64,000 bases of DNA from a virus, in IMG/VR virus record IMGVR_UViG_2914543266_000001, positions 6,559-70,558 of that record, one strand, 5' to 3'. Positions 44,479 to 53,582 of this stretch are shown here, in pieces. Under the pieces are notes generated by a model, which did not search any database, was not told the DNA's origin, and worked only from the letters and a program-made list of their open reading frames with translations. Position numbers and translations under genes: made by a program. Position 1 is the stretch's first letter, and each line of letters opens with the position of its first letter.

Positions 44479-47100
44479 ATGGACTCTGTATTTACCCCGC
44501 ATCTACGCTTTGCCGACGAGCTACTCATCCCGATCGCAGAGATTGAAGCCGCGCAGCAGCAAGTAGAGGACTCAGCCACCGCCGCGATCATGGCGGCCAT
44601 TGAGGAGGAGACCCAGGGGCTATTGCAGCGGGTTGAGCAGGCGCTACTCGACGGCGATGTGGGTGCGATCAACATGGCGCGATGGCCACTGGCGGGGCGG
44701 CTAGCGCGAGCGATCGTGGGGCTATGGGGCGGTGGCTTTGACGCGGGCGCGAGGCAGGGGCTTGAGGAGATGCGTGCGGCGGTGGAGGAGGTGCGATCGT
44801 TCGTGCACCGCTTTGCCCTGGCTGATGACGCGCGGCGGGTGCTGACACTGGAGCCACAGCAGTTAGTCAACAGCGATGCAGTAGACGCCGTGGTGGGCAG
44901 GGCGAACTTGCTGGCGGGTGATTTCAGCGACGATGTGTTTACGAGGTTGAAGGGTGATCTGACTGCTGCGATCGTGCCTCAGCCTGGGACGGGCGAACCG
45001 ATCGCGCGGCCAGAGTTGCTGCGGCGGATTCAGAGCACCTTGGGCGTGGCAAAGGGCAGGGCCACGACGATCGCACGCACCGAGACAACCTATGCCTACA
45101 ACACGGGGCGCATGGCGAGTTTCAACGACTCGGAGCTCGTTGACTACGTGCGCGTGATCGCAATTCGTGACCGGCGCACCTCTGACGTGTGCCAGTCCAG
45201 AGACGGGTTGGTCGTGCCCAAGGGTGAACTGGCGACGATTGGGGGCCCGCCTCCGTGGCACTACCGCTGCCGAACCACCATTGGGGCGGTGATGTCGCAG
45301 TTGTCGCGGTTCAAGGCGATGGTCGCAGACCCGGCAAATGACCCGGCGAACCGTGCGATCGCGCCTTTGCCGAAGGGATGGCGCACGACTGGCGAGGCAA
45401 TTAAATCTGAGGCCAGCGGGAGGGTAACGGCACAGACAGAGCCCAAGGCGATCAAGGCCAATATCATGAGCCCCATTGATCGCAGGGCCCCAGGGGCTGC
45501 CCAGCAAGCTGAGAAACGACAGCAGCAGGTTGGGAAACTCTACGACAAACTCGCGACAGGGCGGCTAAAGCCGGGGGATGGCGACGACGATCGCACTGTG
45601 AAGGGCAAGATGGGCGCACTTAATGCCCTTAGCGATGCCCAGAACCCCAAGGTGGGTCTAGCCGCTACCCGCAACGACGCGGGCGAATACACCGGGTTCT
45701 TGAGCTTTAAGGCGGGGCGGCGTGAGGTAGAAATCGAGAACCTTGGCACAGACGGCACGCAGCCAGGCTCAGGGCGTGCGCTGTTTCGGCAGGTGGCGGA
45801 ATACGCAGCCAGGGAGGGGAAGGGCCTCGTTGTCGCGCCTGTACCTGATGCGATTGGGTTTTACGAACGCATGGGGATGAGGAAGGTTAGCGAAGGGGCG
45901 TTGGAACTTAGCCCTGAAGAGGTGCAAGCGTTGATTCAGGGCAAGGCAGCCCAGCAAAGTCAAGGGAGCAAAAAAGATGTTCAGTTTGATTCGTGGACTG
46001 ATAGGCCGGGACCGCAAGCTGCGAGTGGCATCATCACAAGAGCTAAGCGGCGTAAGGCAATGATGGACACAGAGTTGCCCATCATTGATCAAGAGCTTGA
46101 TAGGTTAGATTCTGTGATTGAAGATCACAGGGTTAGATACGATGAATTCAGGGCCAATAATCCGGGGTTATCGCGGGAAGAACGCCTTAATTCCCCTATA
46201 GCAAAGGAGGGTGAGAAGCTTTATGCAGAGCGCACCGAGTTAGAGAAGCGAATTGAAAAGATTAGCAACGATGGCACAGCTTCTGAAGGCATCCTTGCTG
46301 GGGTTGGGTCTATTCCTGCCAAGATAAGATCTACGCTAGAAAAGCGTGATCGCGCCGTGAGAAAGGATGCAGCCGAAGCTCAAGCTGAAATCAAAAGACT
46401 TGAACTAGAGATAGCATTGTCCATTGATCGAGATGGATTTGGCGGTGGCGATGTGGAAGGCCGTATCGCTAGACGTAGCCGAATGAATGAATTGATCACT
46501 GAGAACAAGCTAAGGTTTGGCGACAAAGATGGAATAGCCGCAATGGCAGATCTGAGAGATCAACTGCTACGACGAGGGACGGGGCAAGTCGTAAATCCAA
46601 GCTTTGATCTGCCGTCTAGACTGAAACCACTACAGCAAGATTTTGCGGATACATTCAACGAGTTTGTTCAACTAACTAATGGCAGGGGTGGCCGTAGCCT
46701 TAAGAAGGTTGCTTATACAGGCGATCGCGCTTCAGCCAGCCAGAACGGATATTTGAACGTTGGGGCCAGCTCCAATGGGGTTGATCGTCCTGTTATGTTT
46801 CATGAGATGGGGCATCACGTTGAGTTTGAGTCAAAAACTCTTAGGGACAGAGCTAACGCCATCATCAGATCCCGCTCAACAGCAGAAGCCCCACAACAAT
46901 TGCCGGGGTACGAAAAGGGAGAGGTAGCCTTCCCTAACCACTGGAGCAGCGCGTACACTGCTAAGTCGTACTCTGATAAGAGTACAGAGGTTTATTCTAT
47001 GGGCTTACAGCACTTTACCTCTCCGCAAGATATGTGGCGGCTTTATTTAGAGGATAAAGAGCATTTTTTTATCACGATGGGGATTTTTGCGGATGATTAA
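44479..47100 (+). CDS. MuF (SPP1 gp7-like) head morphogenesis protein with GNAT and zincin metallopeptidase extensions
   Basis: RATTIARTETTYAYNTG...DRRTSDVC...PPWHYRCRT; GTQPGSGRALF...AIGFYERMGM; MFHEMGHHVE. Confidence 0.88.
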   Translation: MDSVFTPHLRFADELLIPIAEIEAAQQQVEDSATAAIMAAIEEETQGLLQRVEQALLDGDVGAINMARWPLAGRLARAIVGLWGGGFDAGARQGLEEMRAAVEEVRSFVHRFALADDARRVLTLEPQQLVNSDAVDAVVGRANLLAGDFSDDVFTRLKGDLTAAIVPQPGTGEPIARPELLRRIQSTLGVAKGRATTIARTETTYAYNTGRMASFNDSELVDYVRVIAIRDRRTSDVCQSRDGLVVPKGELATIGGPPPWHYRCRTTIGAVMSQLSRFKAMVADPANDPANRAIAPLPKGWRTTGEAIKSEASGRVTAQTEPKAIKANIMSPIDRRAPGAAQQAEKRQQQVGKLYDKLATGRLKPGDGDDDRTVKGKMGALNALSDAQNPKVGLAATRNDAGEYTGFLSFKAGRREVEIENLGTDGTQPGSGRALFRQVAEYAAREGKGLVVAPVPDAIGFYERMGMRKVSEGALELSPEEVQALIQGKAAQQSQGSKKDVQFDSWTDRPGPQAASGIITRAKRRKAMMDTELPIIDQELDRLDSVIEDHRVRYDEFRANNPGLSREERLNSPIAKEGEKLYAERTELEKRIEKISNDGTASEGILAGVGSIPAKIRSTLEKRDRAVRKDAAEAQAEIKRLELEIALSIDRDGFGGGDVEGRIARRSRMNELITENKLRFGDKDGIAAMADLRDQLLRRGTGQVVNPSFDLPSRLKPLQQDFADTFNEFVQLTNGRGGRSLKKVAYTGDRASASQNGYLNVGASSNGVDRPVMFHEMGHHVEFESKTLRDRANAIIRSRSTAEAPQQLPGYEKGEVAFPNHWSSAYTAKSYSDKSTEVYSMGLQHFTSPQDMWRLYLEDKEHFFITMGIFADD

Positions 47101-47383
47101 ATATCAATTGGCTCAAGATGTCGTGGTCACCATTGATAGCCCTACACCGAATACCCCCGCAAGACTTGATTGGACTGGCCCAAATAACGAAATTGACAAA
47201 ATAAAGCAATTTTTGGCGGGGCAGTATGGCCCAAATGGTCGATTCTTTAACCCTGATATTGATACCCCCGTAGCATTGCACTCAATATTGATGGCAAATC
47301 GTGGGTACACCGAATCCCGATTGGTTGAAGGGTCTGCGCCGCCCTTGCCACAGTCAGAGTTGCCCGACGGCTCAATAATATAG
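47093..47383 (+). CDS. Small protein coupled to the MuF C-terminus, possible immunity protein
   Basis: Overlaps the MuF stop (ATGATTAA); same low GC as the MuF tip. Confidence 0.55.
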   Translation: MIKYQLAQDVVVTIDSPTPNTPARLDWTGPNNEIDKIKQFLAGQYGPNGRFFNPDIDTPVALHSILMANRGYTESRLVEGSAPPLPQSELPDGSII

Positions 47384-47399
47384 GAAGTTTTTTACAGAC

Positions 47400-47648
47400 C
47401 TAATCCTCTGGGAATATTTCATCCCATTGCAGCTTCAGTTCCCGGCGCATGGCTGCCAGTATCTCAAGAGATTCGCGGAACTGCTTGCCGCGAGTTTCCC
47501 TATACGATCGCCTGCCGTAGACTGTTCGCCGCAACGCTTTGCTTGATATGTTGAGTCGATTGGCTAGCGCTTCGTCGCTGATGCCGCGATCAAGTTGAGC
47601 CTGGCGCAGTCGCTGAATTGGATCGAGTTCTGGGGGCTGGGCGGTCAT
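47400..47648 (-). CDS. HTH regulator
   Basis: RGISDEALANRLNISSKALRRTVYG. Confidence 0.7.
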   Translation of the reverse strand: MTAQPPELDPIQRLRQAQLDRGISDEALANRLNISSKALRRTVYGRRSYRETRGKQFRESLEILAAMRRELKLQWDEIFPED

Positions 47649-47691
47649 GGGCAGATATGTTTTGTGTCTAGTTTACCTCAATGAATAATTA

Positions 47692-47710
47692 CTGTACCCA
47701 AATTGGGCCA
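47692..47710 (+). promoter_or_regulatory. Putative late-operon upstream site (copy of 19470-19488)
   Basis: 19/19 identity. Confidence 0.55.
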
Positions 47711-47774
47711 ATGCGTTCCGTGCATGGAATGGCACGGGTAGGCTTGGGGGTAGAAACCCTTGTGTGTTCTATAG

Positions 47775-49211
47775 ATGCCTACTGCACTCGCCACAGAACC
47801 CCGTCGCAATGAGGACGCATTCCTTTATCTAAAGACGGAAGCCGAACAGGTTGACGACGGGGTTTTGGTCCCTGCCCTGCTGTTCACCGAAGGCGATTTT
47901 GTCGATGCTACGGGCAAGCCAGGAAAATACACCAAGACAGACCTCGATCGCATCGTGCGCGCGACCCGCAAGTATTACAGCGCTGGCGACGACATCCCCA
48001 TCTTCGAAAGCAACCACGACCTAGGCGGCGGTGGGTACAGAAACGCCGACAAGATCGGCAAGCTAGCCGTAGACGAAGGGTTGTCGGTTGACCAGATCAC
48101 CACCGAGAATTTGCCTGACCCACGGCTTACTGACCTTGTGGGTCGCTACGGCATTTTCGGCAACGGCTTGATCACTCGCACTGACGCGGTGCAGCGCTAC
48201 AGCCAGAAACTTATCAAGCCCCTATCGATCGCATTTGACCCCAGCGGCGGTCGCACCAACGGCAACAAATGGTCTGTGTTTGAGGTGTCAGCAGTGCCCT
48301 GGGGAGCGGTGCGTGGCGCGATGTTTTTCTCTAAATACTTTCCCGAGGAATCTGTCGCCCGTTTTGCTCTGACGCTTGACGGCGCAATGGCCGAGAGCAA
48401 GGGTCGTTACGACGACCCGATGGATGAAAGAACGGGGCAGGCGTTGATGGTTTTCAACGATGTCCTGAGAAACATTCGCAACACCACGGATGACGAGTTG
48501 CAGGGCCGATCGCGCGACGGCTTGACCCGGCAGGCGATCGCGGATCTGAGCGCAAAGCTGACTGAAATGTTGGGAGTTGCAGCGCCAGAATTGCCGCCTG
48601 TGACACTGAGTAAATTTATCCAGGAGGGAACCACCGCCATGACTACCGATAACAAAGCCACCGAAGACAACAAGCCCAAGAACGAAGCTACCACGACCGA
48701 GCCGCCCAAGGCTGAAACCGTAGACATTGCGGGGCTGATGAAGCGCATTGATGAGCTAGAGGCTAAGGCCAAGCAGCAGGAGAACCGTGCTGAGGAAGCC
48801 GAGCAAGTAGTGGCACACCTCAAAGCCGAGGGCGAGTCGCTGAAGTTTGAGCGCAAGGTGAGCGATCGCGTCACCCGCCTTTACGCCAAAGCACAGAAGC
48901 TTTTGAGCGTTGGCAAGATCAAGCCCGCTGCCTTTGCCGAATGGTTCCCTGAAACCGAATCGACCGCCGATGCCGTGGTGCGCTTTAGCCAAGCGATCCA
49001 GTCTGAAGAAACCCAGGGCGATCCGCTCGACGAAATTGAAGCCGCGCTGAAATACGCCGACAAATATGCTGAGCCGGTTCGCTTTGGTAGCTTCATGGGC
49101 CAGCAGGCGATCGGCGACAATCCCCTGCGCGATAAAGACGAAATTAGCGAGGCTGACCAGGCCAAAGTTAATGCCGTCGTGAAATCCGCCGCCGCTAAGC
49201 GCTACTACTAG
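47775..49211 (+). CDS. Prohead protease/scaffold (Mu gpI-like)
   Basis: LLFTEGDF..HDL..SIAF..EVSAVPWGAVRG protease part followed by a coiled-coil scaffold part. Confidence 0.8.
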   Translation: MPTALATEPRRNEDAFLYLKTEAEQVDDGVLVPALLFTEGDFVDATGKPGKYTKTDLDRIVRATRKYYSAGDDIPIFESNHDLGGGGYRNADKIGKLAVDEGLSVDQITTENLPDPRLTDLVGRYGIFGNGLITRTDAVQRYSQKLIKPLSIAFDPSGGRTNGNKWSVFEVSAVPWGAVRGAMFFSKYFPEESVARFALTLDGAMAESKGRYDDPMDERTGQALMVFNDVLRNIRNTTDDELQGRSRDGLTRQAIADLSAKLTEMLGVAAPELPPVTLSKFIQEGTTAMTTDNKATEDNKPKNEATTTEPPKAETVDIAGLMKRIDELEAKAKQQENRAEEAEQVVAHLKAEGESLKFERKVSDRVTRLYAKAQKLLSVGKIKPAAFAEWFPETESTADAVVRFSQAIQSEETQGDPLDEIEAALKYADKYAEPVRFGSFMGQQAIGDNPLRDKDEISEADQAKVNAVVKSAAAKRYY

Positions 49212-49270
49212 ACCGAGCGATCGCCCTTTTCCCTGACCAATGAATGACTTTGCCGTAGGAGGCTGAAACT

Positions 49271-50155
49271 GTGGCCGTTAATTTGATTCAATCGACTGGC
49301 AGCTTTGCCCAAGAGGATGTGATCGTGGCCTCCGACGCTGGGCTATTGTCGCGACGCGGGTTGACCGTAGACCCTGACAAGATCGCAGCCGATGCTGGCG
49401 GCAAAAAGATTATTCGCCCTGGCACCATTCTCTACAAAATTGAAGGCGCGACAAAGCACCGCGTGGGTCTGCGGGCCAAGCTTGCGGCGGCGGTCACATC
49501 TGGCGCAACCACGGCGCTGAACTTGGGCGAGATTGGCATCTCTTACAAGACCAAAGCCGCTCAATACTTTGCACCCGGTGACGTGATCAAGGTGCTGCGA
49601 CCTTACGCCACCCTTACCCTCGCAGGCACTTGGGCCGCTGACGACGAGATCACCGTCACCGTGAACGGTCAATCAAAAGTCATCATTGCCGGGTCTACCA
49701 CCCTCGCCACGATCGCAACCAATGTTGCCACCGCTATCAATGGCGATGGGGCACTGAGCACTGTTGTCGAGGCGATCGCAGCCGGTGCAGTAGTTAGTTT
49801 GTTCAGCCGCACCCTAGAAGCTTTCGAGGTCTTAGCGACCGATGACGGCGCGGGCACGGTTACGGCATCGGCGGTCACACCTGGCGGGGCAACCGTCGGC
49901 ACGATCGACGCAAACGGGGTGAATGCTACTACTGGCCTCGTCACTCTGGCCGCAGCAGCTGCGGTGAGTCTGCCTATCGGCGCTCCTGTTGGTGTCGCTG
50001 AGGGCAAGCCCTGGGGGCTGATTCTTGAAGCTCATGACGCTGGCAAGTTCGACAACGATATTGCCGGGTTCACAGGCGCTGCGGTCTACGGCGATCGGCT
50101 TCCCTATTGGGATAGCGATATCGCTAAGTCCTTAGGCCAAATTTATTTCGTTTAG
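49271..50155 (+). CDS. Head decoration-like protein with inserted Ig-like domain
   Basis: Between scaffold and capsid genes; GLTVD...IIRPGTIL. Confidence 0.6.
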   Translation: MAVNLIQSTGSFAQEDVIVASDAGLLSRRGLTVDPDKIAADAGGKKIIRPGTILYKIEGATKHRVGLRAKLAAAVTSGATTALNLGEIGISYKTKAAQYFAPGDVIKVLRPYATLTLAGTWAADDEITVTVNGQSKVIIAGSTTLATIATNVATAINGDGALSTVVEAIAAGAVVSLFSRTLEAFEVLATDDGAGTVTASAVTPGGATVGTIDANGVNATTGLVTLAAAAAVSLPIGAPVGVAEGKPWGLILEAHDAGKFDNDIAGFTGAAVYGDRLPYWDSDIAKSLGQIYFV

Positions 50156-50199
50156 GGCCTCCTTTCGGCCACGTTCTCTACTTTTGATTGGAGGCTTTG

Positions 50200-51330
50200 A
50201 TGGTTTCTTCGTTTGTCGATTTTTATACTCGAAACACTCGCCTTGTGGGTGCTGCGGTCAATAATACCGATCGCGAACTCATGGAGAGTACCGCGCCCCT
50301 AGATGCCTTGTTCCCTATCACTTCATACCAGAGCACCGAATTGCTGCTGCTGAAAATGCAGGGCAATATCACGGTGGCTTCAATCGTAGCTCCAGACCAG
50401 GAATTGCCTAACGATGACGGCAATTTCACCCTAACCGAAGAGCTGTTGGGTCGTACTTTGATCGGTAAACAGCATGTGTTTCTAGACAAGGAATACGAAG
50501 GCCTCGAGAAGATGCGGGTTTACTTGGCAGCCGGCGGGGCGCAGGGCGCGGCGGTTGTTACGGCATATGAGAAATATCTCTATGGCCTTGCAGCAGACAT
50601 GCCCGCTGCGATCAATGCCAAGCATCTGATCCTGCTGATGCAGGTGATGACCACGGGCCGTTGTGAGTACACAGACCCGCTGACTGAACTGCGGGTAGAA
50701 ATGACTTACCAGGATCGCGTCGCTGACTTGTTTCCTGCGGCACTCACCGGCACTGCTCGATGGAGCCAGCCCACCACGGCTACGGGGTTGACCGATCTAG
50801 ACAACCTCAGCGAAGAGTGGCGCGACATTCACGGTTCAAAGCCGACATGGATGCTGGCCCACTACGACGACCTCCGCAATTTGGCCAACCAGGCTTTTAC
50901 TAAGCAAGCCTTGGGCGCAATGAGTGGCACGCAGTCAGACCAAAACAACTCTCTGTACCTCGCCGTTTCGTACGATCGCAATTCACTGGAGCTTGCCCCA
51001 GGGCCATTGCTCGAACTGATCCAGGCGCGCACCGGGGTGTCTCGAGTGCTGATCGTTGACGCTAAATACGCCGAAACGACCAAAGCTGGGATCAAGCGGA
51101 CCGAGTATTACCTACCTGAGCACTATATCTGCTTTGGCGATGAGATGGGCATGTACGAGCGCGCACGCGTGCCGTTTAAGGAAAACAACTTTGCCCCTGG
51201 CATCTACGTTGCGACCAAGCAGCTAGACGACGCGCCCCTGCGTGAGCGCCTTGCCGGGATGTCGGCGGGTGTGCCCTTTGTCCGCGATGGTCGTTACTTG
51301 AGCGCTCAGAAGATCGATGGTGACGCCTAA
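50200..51330 (+). CDS. Major capsid protein (lambda gpE-like)
   Basis: 376 aa after the scaffold and decoration genes; GGAGG RBS; capsid-E-like layout. Confidence 0.8.
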   Translation: MVSSFVDFYTRNTRLVGAAVNNTDRELMESTAPLDALFPITSYQSTELLLLKMQGNITVASIVAPDQELPNDDGNFTLTEELLGRTLIGKQHVFLDKEYEGLEKMRVYLAAGGAQGAAVVTAYEKYLYGLAADMPAAINAKHLILLMQVMTTGRCEYTDPLTELRVEMTYQDRVADLFPAALTGTARWSQPTTATGLTDLDNLSEEWRDIHGSKPTWMLAHYDDLRNLANQAFTKQALGAMSGTQSDQNNSLYLAVSYDRNSLELAPGPLLELIQARTGVSRVLIVDAKYAETTKAGIKRTEYYLPEHYICFGDEMGMYERARVPFKENNFAPGIYVATKQLDDAPLRERLAGMSAGVPFVRDGRYLSAQKIDGDA

Positions 51331-51571
51331 ACTCCCAGACCCAGTTGATTACGAGGTGACGGCAGCGGGTGTGGGTCGCCCAATACTGGGCAGCCGCTAC
51401 CGTGAAGTGGGAACCGCGATCCGGGGCAACCCTGCGCTATATGGCCCCTACGTCACCTCGGGGCATCTGGCAATCAAGACGGCACTCGTAGAGTCAGTGG
51501 CACCAAAACCAACACGGCAGAGGCGCATAAGTGAAGTACACGACGATCGACGAACTGAACCGACGCCTTGA
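51317..51571 (+). CDS. Small hypothetical head-associated protein
   Basis: Overlaps the capsid stop codon. Confidence 0.5.
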   Translation: MVTPKLPDPVDYEVTAAGVGRPILGSRYREVGTAIRGNPALYGPYVTSGHLAIKTALVESVAPKPTRQRRISEVHDDRRTEPTP

Positions 51572-51977
51572 CGGTCGCCTGAAGATTGGCGGCAACGTCA
51601 GCAGCTTGGGCGAGACCACGATCACCGGCGATCTGGTGATCCAGGTCGTCGAGCAGGTCGAGGACTTGATCGACGGACTGCTGCGCCGACGATATCAACT
51701 GCCACTCGCGGGCACCCACCCATTTCTCGCGGGCATTGTCGAAAAGGGTTGTGCCTGTCAGTTGTTGGCCCAGTATTTCGTGGGGCAATCGCCGTCTGAA
51801 TCACCGACAGGTGATGGAGCCGTGTGCGCTGATTACCGCCGCGATCTGAAGTTGCTAGAGATGATCGCGCTGGATGGCGAGCTGCTGGCAGACCCGACTG
51901 CGAATCAGAAGGGCTTGGAGTGGGGCAGCATCCAGTCGGGGCCAAGGAACGATCCGACGCAAACGGTGGTGTGGTAG
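51531..51977 (+). CDS. Head-tail adaptor (Mu gp36 / DUF1320-like)
   Basis: MKYTTIDEL...IDGLLRRRYQLPL... Confidence 0.8.
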   Translation: MKYTTIDELNRRLDGRLKIGGNVSSLGETTITGDLVIQVVEQVEDLIDGLLRRRYQLPLAGTHPFLAGIVEKGCACQLLAQYFVGQSPSESPTGDGAVCADYRRDLKLLEMIALDGELLADPTANQKGLEWGSIQSGPRNDPTQTVVW

Positions 51978-52254
51978 GCGATGACTCGACGTGAGGCGCT
52001 GTTTTTTGTGGGTGTTGCGATCGCCTATTCAATTTTTGAACTGAGGCGCATTGCTTTGGCGAAGCAGAAAAGGTCTGGCAGTGGTCGGAGGCAGATGCGC
52101 CCATGAGTTTTACCCCAGGGCCACAGAGCGAGGAAGAAAAGCGGCGGCTACAGCCCCTTGGCGGGTGGCGGTGGCGTCTAACTCGCGTGCTGCACTATCC
52201 CCGGTTTGTGGCGCAGAAAGTGCGATCGCGCTGGGTTGAGCTGAGGGACATCAG

Positions 52255-53142
52255 ATGGCGGTAGTTGTAGCTCGGCTCATCCCAGGCGTAACCATCGTCG
52301 GCGGCGGTTCCAGCTTTGCCCTCGATGGCCAAGTCACCCCCGCAGAGACAAGCGCCACGTTTACCCAAGCAGCCTTCACTGTCTATGGTGCGGCGTTCCT
52401 CAGCCCTAGCAGCACGCCGACGGGGGCAGCGGTTGAGGCGGGGACTGGGGCGGTGGCAGTGACATCGGGAAGTGCGATCGCCTCGATAGGTTTTACCGGG
52501 CTATCAGCGGGCACTACTTACGATTTCTACTTTGCAGGCAAAAATGCAGCGGGGCAATACACCGCTGTCACCAAGATTACCGCGACGACCAGCGGTAGCA
52601 GTGGAGTGCCGGGGATAATCCCAGTTGATAGCGCCGCGCTGCTGATTCAGTCTGACGCAATTACCTTTGTGTCAGGTGCGGCAACGTTCTTGGCTGACAT
52701 TGCGGGATCACAATCAGTCGCCAACGATGTTGTTTTTGCCAGTAGAACTTCTCTAGATATTGGTTCCGCGATCGCAATTGCCGCATCTGATGCGATTAAT
52801 TTTGCGCCCAGTTTTGTGGCTTTTGGGGTTAACTCGGCCACTGGATCGGCTTTAAGTGATGACCCATTCCTTGGATCTGGTGTCTTAGGCTTTTTGCCTG
52901 ATTCTGCGGCGGCCTCTGCTCAATCTAGTGACCCATTCTTTACATCTGGAGGGGTTGCGTTACAGGTTGATTCGGCTGAATCAATCACATCTTCGATAGA
53001 CCCAGCATTTGTCCCTGGGGCGATTGATTTCGTTGCTAATTCTGCCTTGGCTTCTACCTCGGCTGATGACATAGTGCTTGCCACTGTGGGAGATGGAAAT
53101 GTTTGGGTAGCTCCAGTCATGGTTGCAACTCAAACTCTTTAA
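52255..53142 (+). CDS. Structural protein with Fn3-like domain and Ala/Ser/Asp-rich repeats
   Basis: TGLSAGTTYDFYFAGKNAAG; repeated SxDPF motifs. Confidence 0.6.
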   Translation: MAVVVARLIPGVTIVGGGSSFALDGQVTPAETSATFTQAAFTVYGAAFLSPSSTPTGAAVEAGTGAVAVTSGSAIASIGFTGLSAGTTYDFYFAGKNAAGQYTAVTKITATTSGSSGVPGIIPVDSAALLIQSDAITFVSGAATFLADIAGSQSVANDVVFASRTSLDIGSAIAIAASDAINFAPSFVAFGVNSATGSALSDDPFLGSGVLGFLPDSAAASAQSSDPFFTSGGVALQVDSAESITSSIDPAFVPGAIDFVANSALASTSADDIVLATVGDGNVWVAPVMVATQTL

Positions 53143-53160
53143 CTAATTCAAGGTGAAACA

Positions 53161-53580
53161 ATGGCAAGTAAAGTTTATCCAAAAGCTATAGAACTCCTGA
53201 ATGCAGGAACTCTCAACTGGACAGCAGACACTATTAGAATTCTTCTAGTTAATGCGTCTGGAAGTTACAACAGAACCCACGGGTTTGTGAGTGCCGTTGT
53301 AGCCAATGAACTATCAGGCGGCTCCTACGCTCGACAAACTTTAGGAACCAAAACAAGTGCTGATAATGGCACCGACAAATGGATTTTTGACGCCGCCGAC
53401 GTTACGTTTACAGCTGTTGCAGGAGGGCAAACCGCAGCCGCTGCCATTGTCTACAAGTTTATTACAAACGATGCAGCCAGCCCAGTATTGGCGTTCTTAG
53501 ATGGAGTCGATGTCGTCGCTAATGGTGGCGACATTACGGTTCAGTTTGCGGCAACTGGTGTCTTTAATCTTGCGTACTAA
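53161..53580 (+). CDS. Small tail-associated structural protein
   Basis: LNWTADTIRILLV...ELSGGSYARQTL...FDAADVTF. Confidence 0.7.
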   Translation: MASKVYPKAIELLNAGTLNWTADTIRILLVNASGSYNRTHGFVSAVVANELSGGSYARQTLGTKTSADNGTDKWIFDAADVTFTAVAGGQTAAAAIVYKFITNDAASPVLAFLDGVDVVANGGDITVQFAATGVFNLAY

Positions 53581-53582
53581 TT

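Noticed and set aside
49271-50155. Tail sheath gene (myovirus)
   Set aside because: Only a short Ig-like insertion in a 294-aa protein between scaffold and capsid; no sheath-size gene or baseplate J/wedge genes seen
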